The notes under the pieces are model-generated. The model was not told the DNA's origin, did not search any database, and saw only the letters and a program-made list of their open reading frames with translations. The translations under genes and the position numbers were made by a program. Of a stretch of DNA of 64,000 bases, positions 20,868-30,238 are shown one piece after another (the stretch's first letter is position 1; every line of letters starts with the position of its first letter). The DNA lies in NCBI GenBank assembly GCA_034670305.1, contig JAXMNT010000011.1, positions 64,001 through 128,000 of the forward strand. The letters run 5' to 3'. The DNA is from Deltaproteobacteria bacterium. Lineage in GTDB: Bacteria > Myxococcota_A > Polyangia > Polyangiales > Houyiibacteriaceae.

Positions 20868-21671
20868 TCACGTCTCGAGTGCTCGCCGCACCGCTTCGAA
20901 CTGCTCCACCGACAACGTCTCCCCGCGCGCGCTCGGATCGATGCCCACGGCTTGCATGGCGTCGTCGGCACCCTCGATGGACTTCCACGCGTTGTGCAGC
21001 GTCTTGCGGCGCGCGCCGAACGCCGCCTTCACGAGTTGTTTGAACTGCGGGTGTTCCGGATCGGCCCGTGGTGTCGGGAGCGGAATCAGCCGCACCACTG
21101 CGCTGGTCACGCGCGGCGGCGGATGGAACGCGTCGGGCGGCACGATGCGCACCATCTGCACCGCGTAGACGGCGGTCAGGAACACGGTGGGGGCGCCGTA
21201 GGTCTTCGAACCCGGTTCCGCGGCCCAGCGCTCCGCGACCTCCTGCTGAACCATGACCACCGCGCGTTCGATGTCCTTCGACTGCGCCACGACACGACGG
21301 AGGATCGGGCCGGTGATCGCGTAGGGGAGGTTGCCGATCAAGAGCGCGGGCGGGTCGAGGTGATCTCGCACGCAGAGTTTCACCGCGTCCGAGGCGACCA
21401 CCTTCGCGCCCGGCACCTCGGTCCGCAGGATCTCGACCATGCGAGGGTCTTTCTCGAGCGCCGTCACGGTGGCGCCGCGCCGCTCGAGGGCGCTGGTCAA
21501 CGTGCCGACGCCCGGACCGATCTCGAGCACGTGCCGGCCGTCGATCTCCCCGAGCGCACGCGCGATGAACTCGACGTGTTCCTGCGACACCAGGAAGTTC
21601 TGAGAGAACTTCTTGTTCGCTCGAATGCCGTGTCGCGAGAGGACCGTGCGTGGATCCTGCCAGGCGCTCAT
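20868..21671 (-). CDS. rsmA: 16S rRNA m6,2A1518/1519 dimethyltransferase
   Basis: KKFSQNFL, VLEIGPGVG, IGNLPYAIT, MVQQEVAER, AFHPPPRVTSAVV, AFGARRKTL. Confidence 0.97.
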   Translation of the reverse strand: MSAWQDPRTVLSRHGIRANKKFSQNFLVSQEHVEFIARALGEIDGRHVLEIGPGVGTLTSALERRGATVTALEKDPRMVEILRTEVPGAKVVASDAVKLCVRDHLDPPALLIGNLPYAITGPILRRVVAQSKDIERAVVMVQQEVAERWAAEPGSKTYGAPTVFLTAVYAVQMVRIVPPDAFHPPPRVTSAVVRLIPLPTPRADPEHPQFKQLVKAAFGARRKTLHNAWKSIEGADDAMQAVGIDPSARGETLSVEQFEAVRRALET

Positions 21672-23410
21672 GGCTTCGCCCGTCCCGTCCGCGTGGGTCC
21701 CTTCGTCGCTGGCCCCGACGTCGCCGATCCCAGCATCGCGGGTCCTGGCGGCGCGGACGTCGGCCGTTTGCCACGTGCCACCGTCGCGCGAATGCCATGG
21801 CGCGCCAACATGGTGCGGGCCTGGCGCAGCCGCTCGGCTTCGGCTCGCCCGAAGATGGTGGTGAGGTCTGTTGTCAGTTGCGCCCCGTCCGACGGCTCGA
21901 GGAACGTACGCGCGTCCGGCAAGACGAACTGGACCGTGTGCCCGTGGGCGCGCGCCAAGCGAAGCGCGGTGGCCAAGGTCTCGGCCGAGTCGTGAGTCGC
22001 GGTGCTGGCAGTGGGAACCGCGGTGCTGGCTTCGGGAGTCGCAGCGGCGGTTCCGAGCGCCGAGAGCGTCATCGCGTCGAAGTCGGTGCACACCAGGATC
22101 GAACTCGGCGTGCGGGCCTGCGCCACCCAGGTGAGCGACGCGATGAGCGCGTCGGTCTTCTCGTGTTCGATGGGGTGCGCCAGATGTGGAAGCGGCAAAC
22201 CACGCGTGCGGCAGAACCGGCGGAGGGTGCGCGAACCCCGGTCGGCGGCGAGGATCTCCCGTTCGCTGGCGCGTTTGTCGCGGTCCTCCCGCACGAGCCC
22301 ACGCTCGACGTGCGTGATGAGCCCGGCGAGGTCCACGTTCGATCCGCGCCCGAAGTCGATGCCGTCTTGGCGGCGCACGTAGCGCGCGACCTGGGCGACC
22401 AGCGATGCTTCGGAGAGATCGGTGAGATCGGCGTCCACGAGTTCGGTGAGCGAGAGCAACGCTTCGTAGATTCGGATGCGGTGCGCCGCGCCTTCTCCAA
22501 GCGGCACCTGGGTCACGATGCGGCGGTCGAACGCCACCAGTCCCACCCGGTCTCCGGCTTTGACCGCATCGGTGGCTTCCATCGCGGCGAGATCGATCGC
22601 GTGGTCGAGCTTGCGGGAGCCGAGCGGTCCGCCCCGCATCGTCCCGCTGACATCGAGCACGAGCCACCGCGCTTCTTGCACTTCCTGCTCGACCTCTTTG
22701 ACCATCAGCCGGCCGCGGCGAGCGCTCGCCTTCCAGGCGATGGCTTTGAACGGATCCCCGGACTGGTGCTCGCGCAGTTCGTGCAGTTCGGTGCCGCCGC
22801 CGCGGCGTCGCACCATCGTGTGTCCCGCGCGTTCAACCGCCGCCGCTCGCGGCGCACGTGCGGCGGACCGGCGGCGGGCCGCGGCGCGCGGGAGCACTTT
22901 GATCACCAGCGGGTTCGGGAAGTAGAGCGCGGTGCGGAAGAGGCCGAGTGGACCGCGCACGGTGATGGCGAGCCCATGGAGGACCACACGGCCCACGGCG
23001 GCGGCGCGCAGGGACATAGTGAACTCGGTGCGGGTGCGTTCGCCGAGCTGCACGCATTGCGGTGTGCGCAGCACCGTGACGTTCGGGCCGACGATCGGTT
23101 CGAGCGAGTCCACCGAGATGTCGCCGCTCCCGCGGTGGCGCACATAGCAACGGACCAGAAACTCCACGCCCGGTACGACGGCGCCACTCGCGGCGCCGGT
23201 CCCGTGGTCGAGCCACCACGCGAACTCCAGGCGCTGCCGTCGCAGGTCGCGCCCCTTCGGGCGGCTGGCGGCGAGTGCCCACGCGAGCCCGATGAAGCCG
23301 GCGTTCGCGATGGCCACGAGGCCGGCCGTGGAAGTGGTCAGGCCGATGAGCGCCATGATCAGCAACCCGACGAAACTCGCGATCGCGGCGCGGGTTGGGA
23401 TCGGCAGCAT
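21668..23410 (-). CDS. DUF58 (VWA-like) membrane protein
   Basis: ELREHQSGDPFKAIAWKASAR..LMVKE, LDVSGTM, GDRVGL. Lies downstream of a MoxR gene. Confidence 0.9.
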   Translation of the reverse strand: MLPIPTRAAIASFVGLLIMALIGLTTSTAGLVAIANAGFIGLAWALAASRPKGRDLRRQRLEFAWWLDHGTGAASGAVVPGVEFLVRCYVRHRGSGDISVDSLEPIVGPNVTVLRTPQCVQLGERTRTEFTMSLRAAAVGRVVLHGLAITVRGPLGLFRTALYFPNPLVIKVLPRAAARRRSAARAPRAAAVERAGHTMVRRRGGGTELHELREHQSGDPFKAIAWKASARRGRLMVKEVEQEVQEARWLVLDVSGTMRGGPLGSRKLDHAIDLAAMEATDAVKAGDRVGLVAFDRRIVTQVPLGEGAAHRIRIYEALLSLTELVDADLTDLSEASLVAQVARYVRRQDGIDFGRGSNVDLAGLITHVERGLVREDRDKRASEREILAADRGSRTLRRFCRTRGLPLPHLAHPIEHEKTDALIASLTWVAQARTPSSILVCTDFDAMTLSALGTAAATPEASTAVPTASTATHDSAETLATALRLARAHGHTVQFVLPDARTFLEPSDGAQLTTDLTTIFGRAEAERLRQARTMLARHGIRATVARGKRPTSAPPGPAMLGSATSGPATKGPTRTGRAKP

Positions 23411-23412
23411 CG

Positions 23413-24387
23413 TTATCCGTGGCGGGGCGGCACTTGGCCGAGCGCCTGTTGCACGAGCCGCTCGGGCGAGACGCCTTCCATCTCGGCTTCGGGCGTGAGC
23501 ACGAGTCGATGGGCGAGCACGGGCACCGCCAGCTCCCGGATGTCGTCTGGCAACACGAACGAGCGGCCGCGGATCAACGCGAGCGCGCGCGCCGCGCGGA
23601 TGAGTGCGAGCGAGGCGCGCGGGGAGACGCCGAGGAAGAGGCGCGCATGTTCGCGCGTGAACGCGGCGAGTCGAACCACGTAGTCGAGCACCTCGTCCTC
23701 CACGTGGATCGAGTCGACGAGCGACTGCAGCCGCAGGACGTCTTCGGGCGCGAGCACGGTGGCGGCGGCAGGGGTCGACGAGAGGAACCGGCGCAGGATG
23801 CCGCGCTCTTGTTGCGCGTCGGGGTACCCGATGATCAGGCGCACGAGGAACCGGTCGATCTGCGCTTCGGGGAGCGGGTAGGTGCCCGCCTGTTCGACCG
23901 GGTTCTGCGTCGCGAGCACCAGGAAGGGGGAGGGCAGCTGGTGGGTGTCGCCTTCGATGGTGACCTGCTGCTCCTGCATCGCCTCCAGAAGCGCGCTCTG
24001 GGTCTTCGCGGGGGCGCGGTTGATCTCGTCGCCGAGCACGATGTTGGCGAAGATGGGACCGGGCCGCAGCTGGAAGGTCCCTTCCTTCGGAGAGAGCACG
24101 AAGGTGCCCGTGATGTCCGCCGGCAGCAGGTCCGGCGTGAACTGAATCCGGCGAAACGTGCAGCCGAGGGTGGCCGCGAACGCTTTGACCAGCGTCGTCT
24201 TGGCGACGCCGGGCACACCTTCGAGCAGCGCGTGACCGCGGGCCAAGAGGCTGACCAGAAGCAACTCCGGCACTTCGCGGGGGCCCACATAGACCGCGTG
24301 GACTTCGCGGATGACTCGACCGGTGAGTTCGAGCGCTTCTTGAAGGACGGCGTCGGGCAGAGAGTGGACGGTGGCGGGCTCGGTCAA
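23413..24387 (-). CDS. MoxR-family AAA+ ATPase
   Basis: [65 protein letters not shown]. Confidence 0.95.
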   Translation of the reverse strand: MTEPATVHSLPDAVLQEALELTGRVIREVHAVYVGPREVPELLLVSLLARGHALLEGVPGVAKTTLVKAFAATLGCTFRRIQFTPDLLPADITGTFVLSPKEGTFQLRPGPIFANIVLGDEINRAPAKTQSALLEAMQEQQVTIEGDTHQLPSPFLVLATQNPVEQAGTYPLPEAQIDRFLVRLIIGYPDAQQERGILRRFLSSTPAAATVLAPEDVLRLQSLVDSIHVEDEVLDYVVRLAAFTREHARLFLGVSPRASLALIRAARALALIRGRSFVLPDDIRELAVPVLAHRLVLTPEAEMEGVSPERLVQQALGQVPPRHG

Positions 24388-25712
24388 GTCGTTCCCTGGC
24401 TTGCGGAGTGCGGGGGGCCGGACAGTGTGACCAGCTCGGCCACGATTCGTTCCCCGCTATCTACCATGCGTTGTACGTCCTTGGGGGACGGGCGCGGGGG
24501 ACCGGGCGGGAGGTCGGCTCGGCGCCGAAGGTCGTCCAGTTCCAGGAGCAGCGCGCGCAGTGCTTCCCGGTGCGCGGCCGAGAGTCCGCGCGCTTCGGCC
24601 GCGATCAACACCTCGCGCAAGAGCGGCCCGCGGTCCGGGCTCGACACCTCGAGTCCGAGATGGCGGATCAAGAACCCCTCGAGCTCGAACTTGAACACCA
24701 GCAGGGGGTGGAGCAGTTCCCGCTGCTTGCGCCCGAAGAACGCAATCCGTCCGGCCAAGCCGCCGCCCGAAGAGAGGCCCAACATGGCGCCGGTCAGGTA
24801 CGGGGACCGCCGCGGCAGACTCGACACCACGAAGATGAGCGAGATGGTGACCACCACGAGACTGGTGAGGAGCAGCGCGATCGGCGGCGCGTCGGCGTGG
24901 GCGAAGTCGTCCAGCCATCCGCGCAGACTCTCCAGGGATGCATCGCGCGAGCCGGCTTGTCCGATGAGCCGCACGTCGGGCGGCACCAGGTACACCCGAC
25001 CCGGTGGCGCCGCCGGGTCTCGACTGGCTCCGAGATAGGCCAGCAGGTTCTCCGCGAACCGCCGGTTGTCGCGGAACTGGAGCATGTTGTTGATGAGGAT
25101 GCTCGGGTCGCCGATCGACACCAACCGGCCACGCTCGACGGCGCCTGCCAGCACCAACGCACTCTGCCCCTCACCGAACCCGATGATGGGCCGCAGCGTG
25201 TCGTGGCGAAGGCCGGTCGGGTGGTTGGTGACGATGGTGTCGACATCGCGGGTCAGCGGGTGACGCAGTTGCGGCAGGGCCAGGGGCAATTCGGGGTTGC
25301 CCCGCACTCGGGAGAGCGTGTCCTGAGGCGCCGACCGGACGATTCCGTAGACCACGAAGAACTCGTCCGCCTGCCCGAAGTCGTCCGCAATCGCGAGTCG
25401 GCCGCCTCGCCGGACGAACCGACCAAGCGATTCGGAGGGCAACCTGCGGGTCGGATAGACCACCAAGAGGGCGTCGTTCACCCCCAACGTGTCCACGTCG
25501 ATCTCCTCGGGCGAGTCGACGGTCACCCCCGCTGCGTCCGCCGCTCCCAGGAGGTCCGACAGGCCGTTCCACCCCGTGTTCGTCAGGCTGTAGTCTGAAT
25601 CATCCGCGTCCGCAGACAGGGACAATGGGCCCGACGCGTAGACCAGCAGAGCCGCCAATCCGAGCAGGATCGGGAGCCTGAGTCGCGTGGTTCTTGTCAC
25701 AGGGGGCGCCAT
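24384..25712 (-). CDS. DUF4350-like membrane-anchored protein
   Basis: DYSLTNTGWNGLS, GGRLAIADDFG, GDPSILINNML. Signal peptide plus TM, first gene of a MoxR operon. Confidence 0.8.
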   Translation of the reverse strand: MAPPVTRTTRLRLPILLGLAALLVYASGPLSLSADADDSDYSLTNTGWNGLSDLLGAADAAGVTVDSPEEIDVDTLGVNDALLVVYPTRRLPSESLGRFVRRGGRLAIADDFGQADEFFVVYGIVRSAPQDTLSRVRGNPELPLALPQLRHPLTRDVDTIVTNHPTGLRHDTLRPIIGFGEGQSALVLAGAVERGRLVSIGDPSILINNMLQFRDNRRFAENLLAYLGASRDPAAPPGRVYLVPPDVRLIGQAGSRDASLESLRGWLDDFAHADAPPIALLLTSLVVVTISLIFVVSSLPRRSPYLTGAMLGLSSGGGLAGRIAFFGRKQRELLHPLLVFKFELEGFLIRHLGLEVSSPDRGPLLREVLIAAEARGLSAAHREALRALLLELDDLRRRADLPPGPPRPSPKDVQRMVDSGERIVAELVTLSGPPHSASQGTT

Positions 25713-25893
25713 TGTTATAGTGCGGGCAACTCCACCCTTACCCCGTGGTCAACCATGCTCCCTCCGTTCATCATCGATCAAATTCGAAAACGCGAGCAGG
25801 AAGAAATCCAGATCCAGCCGGTTGTGGAGCTTCCCATCCCACCGCGTCCGCCGGCAGATCGAAGCTCAGAAGAGTCGGATCGGGGCGTCGTCG

Positions 25894-26796
25894 TCATCGA
25901 CTTGATGGGCTGAGTTCGACCGAGGTCCGTCCGCGGATCACGTCGCTCCAGACCCCTTCCAGTTCTTCGGCCCGGAACCCACGGCCTTCGACGTGCGCGC
26001 CCGTCGTCTCGCGGGTTTGAATCGCGTAGACCCGGCCCCCGGCCACGCCGAGCACCTCCCCGCAGACCGAACTCGACCCGTCCCGGGTCAGAAAGTCGTA
26101 GAGCGCCGCCGCGTGCGCCGGCGCCATCGAGTCGCCGCCGATCCCCTGGAAGATGGGCAGGTCCTCGGTCAAACGGGTGCGGGCCATCGGAACCACGACG
26201 TTCACGCGGATGTTCCGACGCCGCAGCTCCAGCGCGGCGCAGCGCGCGTAGGCGACCAGTGCGCCCGAGGCCGCGGCTTCGGCGGCGCGCCGGGCGGTCC
26301 CGAAGAACCCGGTTCGGCTCGAGGAGAGCACGATCGATCCGCCCTCGGGCATGTGCTGCGCGCTTGCGCAGACGAGCTCGACCGATGCGAGGAACTGAGT
26401 CTGCATCGTGGGTTCGATGTCGGCGGGGCTGAGTTTCTGAACGCTGCGTTCGACCCGAATGCCGGCACAGGCGATCGCTGCCTGCAGGCCGCCGAACCGT
26501 TCGACGGTCTGCTCCACGATGCGCGTGGTCGTCCCAGCGACCGCGATGTCCGCGTGGTGTACCGCGACCGTGGCGCCGCCCTTGCGGAGAGTCTCCCCGA
26601 AGGCTTCGAGTTCGTTCGGGTCCGGATTCTCACCGGTGAGGGAGACGCCGGAGTCCACGAGCGCGAGGGGAACGGCGCGGGCAGCGAGCGCTTCGGCGAC
26701 CGCGCGACCGATGCCGCGCGCGGCGCCGGTGACGATGGCCGCGCCCTGATCGCTGCGGGGTTCGGATTCGGGTTTCACCGGATCGCGGGGCATCAC
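25894..26796 (-). CDS. SDR-family oxidoreductase, atypical (no YxxxK)
   Basis: TGAARGIG Rossmann motif and NIRVNVVVPMARTRLT. The active-site segment reads AEAAAS. Confidence 0.85.
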   Translation of the reverse strand: MMPRDPVKPESEPRSDQGAAIVTGAARGIGRAVAEALAARAVPLALVDSGVSLTGENPDPNELEAFGETLRKGGATVAVHHADIAVAGTTTRIVEQTVERFGGLQAAIACAGIRVERSVQKLSPADIEPTMQTQFLASVELVCASAQHMPEGGSIVLSSSRTGFFGTARRAAEAAASGALVAYARCAALELRRRNIRVNVVVPMARTRLTEDLPIFQGIGGDSMAPAHAAALYDFLTRDGSSSVCGEVLGVAGGRVYAIQTRETTGAHVEGRGFRAEELEGVWSDVIRGRTSVELSPSSR

Positions 26797-28694
26797 TCGC
26801 CGCTGCCGAGGACCAGCGGGTTCCGAATCAAGACGTAGGCCTGGTCGGCGGACATGTTGTCGTTGACCGTGCTGCCACCAAACGTCTGGAGCGCCCAGAA
26901 CATCATGTTGCGGTTGTCGTTGTAGCGGGTGTCGTCGAGGGGGTCACCACCGCCAAAGGGCGCGCATCCCATCGTCTCGCCGGGTCCGCAGGGGCGGCCG
27001 TTCTCGGTGGAGTGGAAGAGCCCGAGGAAGTGACCGGTCTCGTGCGCGAAGACCTGGCCGGGAATGCTGCTGCCCCCACCGAGCACACCCCACGCCACGA
27101 CGATGCCGCTGTGGCCGGATCCATGGACGCCGGGCGGTCCAGGAATGCCGCCGGCGATGCCGAGGGTGGAGCCGCCGCCGTCGCCATCGATGTCCTGGAC
27201 GAGGAAGATGTTGAGCGCGAGCCCGTCGCGTCCCGCGCTCTGCTGGAAGAGCTGCGCGAGTTCGCTCCCCGGACCATCCGTGCTGTCGATCACCCGGAAG
27301 CGGCTGTCGGTCACGTCGAAGTACGACACGTCGCCCACCGAGATGTCGGCCTGCCCGAAGATGGTGCTGAACCGGGCCAGGCTGGCCTGGAGTTGACTCT
27401 CGCCCGGCGCGCTGGCCGCGTTGAACCCGAGTCCAGGACCGACGAATACGTTCACGTCGAGGTTGTTGCCGGTCCGGCGTTTCACGAGCGCGCGCACCCG
27501 AATGCGCACCGAGCCGTCGCCCCCACCAAGCGCCGCGACCGTGAACCCGTGGCGACCCGGCAGGTACCGCGTCTCGGGCGTGTTTGGGATCAGCATCGCG
27601 ATGGCGCCTTCGCTGTCGAGCGGGAACCATCGGATCGGCTGGTCGATCAACATCGAGATCTCGTTGAGGTCGAAGAGGCGCGCGTTGTTCGGGTCGAACA
27701 CGCTCACGAACGAGAGCGGCAGGTTGTCGCCCGATACCCGCTCGGCGACGAGGGTGACGCTCCGCGAACCGTTCGCGGTCGCGAAGTCGAGCCGGCGCGT
27801 GCCGGAGCCTTCGTCCACGTCGAACTCGCCGAAGTCGATCACGTCCACCGTGCCGTCCAGGTCCGCGTAGCCGCAGCCTTGCCAGGTGTTCCCGTCGGCG
27901 TCTTCGAGGTCGCGGCACACCTGGCCCGCGAGGCAGTCGTCCGCCGTCGCGCACGGTTCGGTGCACTGGCTGGCCACACAGGTGTAGGCGTCGCACTCGG
28001 TCAATCCGCGCGCGACCGCGCAGCGTCCACCGAGCAACGCTCCGTCCAGGTTCGGTGCGAGGCAGACGGTCTCGGCAGCGCCGTCGCCGTCCGTGTCGCC
28101 AACCACTGCGCAGGCGTCGACGCCAGGGCAAGCCAGCCGGCGATCGCACCGGACGCGGCAGCCACCGCCGTACTCCGCGCCGACGCACACGCCGTCGCAG
28201 GTCGCGGGATCACAATCGGTCGGTCCGGCGTCGACCGGCATCGGCACACACATCTCGTCGACGCAGATGTCGGTCCCGGGACACTCGTCCGACGTCGTGC
28301 ATTCCGGGCCGCCGCAGGTGCCGGTCTCGGTGTCGCAGACGGATTCGGCGCCGCACTCTCCATCCGAAGAACACGGCGGGCGGCAGGTGCCGCGCCAACA
28401 GCGGTATCCATCGCGGCAATCGGCTGGGCCGCTGCACATCGCCAAACAGAGGGGCAATCCGAGATCCGGGACGCACGTCGCGATGTCGGGACAGGGGGTC
28501 TCGTCGTCGCAGACCGAGGTGCAGTAGCCCCCCGGGAACCGTCCGTCGTCCACGCAGGCCAGACCTTCGCAGCCATCGGCGCAGGCACCACCGAACGGAA
28601 GGTCGGGCGGATCCGGCGGCGGCATGGAGGACTTGGAACAGGCTCCGGCGACGAGGGTCAGTCCGAGCAGCGCGAGGAGGGTGGGTCGAATCAT
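26793..28694 (-). CDS. Cys-rich lipoprotein with C-terminal metzincin zinc metalloprotease
   Basis: Lipobox AGAC, many disulfide repeats, HETGHFLGLFH and Met-turn NMMFW. Confidence 0.88.
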   Translation of the reverse strand: MIRPTLLALLGLTLVAGACSKSSMPPPDPPDLPFGGACADGCEGLACVDDGRFPGGYCTSVCDDETPCPDIATCVPDLGLPLCLAMCSGPADCRDGYRCWRGTCRPPCSSDGECGAESVCDTETGTCGGPECTTSDECPGTDICVDEMCVPMPVDAGPTDCDPATCDGVCVGAEYGGGCRVRCDRRLACPGVDACAVVGDTDGDGAAETVCLAPNLDGALLGGRCAVARGLTECDAYTCVASQCTEPCATADDCLAGQVCRDLEDADGNTWQGCGYADLDGTVDVIDFGEFDVDEGSGTRRLDFATANGSRSVTLVAERVSGDNLPLSFVSVFDPNNARLFDLNEISMLIDQPIRWFPLDSEGAIAMLIPNTPETRYLPGRHGFTVAALGGGDGSVRIRVRALVKRRTGNNLDVNVFVGPGLGFNAASAPGESQLQASLARFSTIFGQADISVGDVSYFDVTDSRFRVIDSTDGPGSELAQLFQQSAGRDGLALNIFLVQDIDGDGGGSTLGIAGGIPGPPGVHGSGHSGIVVAWGVLGGGSSIPGQVFAHETGHFLGLFHSTENGRPCGPGETMGCAPFGGGDPLDDTRYNDNRNMMFWALQTFGGSTVNDNMSADQAYVLIRNPLVLGSGE

Positions 28695-28839
28695 GAAAGC
28701 TGAGTGGGCCGCTGTGGCGAGTGGCAGGAAGCAAACTGGTGGGCGCGCGATGCGGCTCACGCTGGTAGAGTATACGCGGGAATCGCAACGCGTCGGGCGC
28801 TCAGTCGGACTGCAACGGGAGTGAAGGGTTGAGCGCAGG

Positions 28840-30093
28840 GTGACAGGGACCTCCTACGGACGTTTCGAGCTGATTCGGAAGATCGCAGCCGGTGGCATGG
28901 CGGAGATCTTTCTCGGTCGCCAGTGGGGGGAGGGCGGCTTCTTCCGGGACGTCGTCATCAAGCGTCTGTTCCAGAACTTCGTCGAGCACGAGCCGACGCT
29001 GCGCATGTTCCACTACGAGGCGCGCCTGCTCGCCCACCTCTCGCACCCGAACATCCCGCAGGTCTTCGACCTCGGGTTCGCGGACGGCACCTGGTTCCTC
29101 GCGATGGAGTACGTCGACGGGTGGAACGTGGCCGACGTGTGGCGGGCCGGCTCCCGCACGAAGCTCCCCATGCCACTGCACGTGACGATCGGCGTCGTGA
29201 TGCAGGTCTGCGAAGCGCTTCACCATGCCCACGAGTGCCGTGACAAAGCCGACCGGCCGCTCCGCATCATTCACCGCGACGTCACCCCTCAGAACGTGAT
29301 GCTGACCCGCGATGGCGTCGCCAAGTTGATGGACTTCGGTGTGGCGAAGACCGACGCGCGGCCTGCGACCGAAGCGGGTCTGGTCAAAGGCACCTTCAGC
29401 TACATGGCGCCCGAGCAGGTGCGCAGCCGCCCCATCGATCGCCGCGCCGACGTGTTCTCGCTCGGGGTCATTCTGTACGAGCTCACCACCGGCAGCCGGC
29501 TCTTCCGCGGCAACGACATGCAGGTGATGACCCAGGTCGTCGAGACCGACGCGCCCTCGCCCCGCACGCGCATCCCGGACTACCCAGAGGACCTGGAAGA
29601 GATCGTGCTCGCGGCGCTTCGGCGGGACGCGCGCGGCCGGATTGGGAGCGCCGCGGATCTCGCGCTGCACCTCGAACACTTCGCGCTCCGACACGGGCTG
29701 CTGGTCGGTCCGCGCGCCATCGCGACCTACCTCTCGCAGCTCTTTCCTTCCGAGCGGGTCGCGGAGCACGAGATGGGCCTCGTGCCGCCTTCGGACGCAC
29801 CGCACGCGCACGCGGATCCCGCGTCCACCGACGCGCTCCTGGTGGACGACGCCGACTTCGAAGAGGTGGATGAGGACGCGGCGCGACCACTGGACGCGCC
29901 GGAGATCGCCGACGACAGCTTGCCTGGGTTTCTCCCGATCTCGATCGACGAGACCGGAGGGCGGCCGGTGGTGCTGCTCGACGCCAAGAAGAAGCGTAGC
30001 AAACGCGAAGACGAGACCCCGGTCGCGCCAGCCGACGGGTATCTGGAAGATCTGATGCGGCGGCTCGAAGAAGAGGGCGAAGGCAACACCTAG
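28840..30093 (+). CDS. cytoplasmic Hanks-type Ser/Thr kinase
   Basis: AAGGMAEIF, VVIKR, HRDVTPQN, DFG, YMAPEQ, and an acidic C-terminal tail. Confidence 0.95.
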   Translation: MTGTSYGRFELIRKIAAGGMAEIFLGRQWGEGGFFRDVVIKRLFQNFVEHEPTLRMFHYEARLLAHLSHPNIPQVFDLGFADGTWFLAMEYVDGWNVADVWRAGSRTKLPMPLHVTIGVVMQVCEALHHAHECRDKADRPLRIIHRDVTPQNVMLTRDGVAKLMDFGVAKTDARPATEAGLVKGTFSYMAPEQVRSRPIDRRADVFSLGVILYELTTGSRLFRGNDMQVMTQVVETDAPSPRTRIPDYPEDLEEIVLAALRRDARGRIGSAADLALHLEHFALRHGLLVGPRAIATYLSQLFPSERVAEHEMGLVPPSDAPHAHADPASTDALLVDDADFEEVDEDAARPLDAPEIADDSLPGFLPISIDETGGRPVVLLDAKKKRSKREDETPVAPADGYLEDLMRRLEEEGEGNT

Positions 30094-30238
30094 GAGGTGT
30101 TGCCGTAGGTCGGAGCACGGCTCGCGTCTCAGCCTCTGCCGCGGGGGTTCGCGGCACCTGGTGCTGATTTCTGAGCAGACACACGAACTGCTGCACCTGA
30201 CGGTGTGCCTGGTCCTGGAATCCAGCTAGGGTGGGCGC

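Noticed and set aside
21994-22042. 21-bp imperfect tandem duplication in the DUF58 gene
   Set aside because: It is an in-frame low-complexity linker expansion unrelated to the dispersed repeats.
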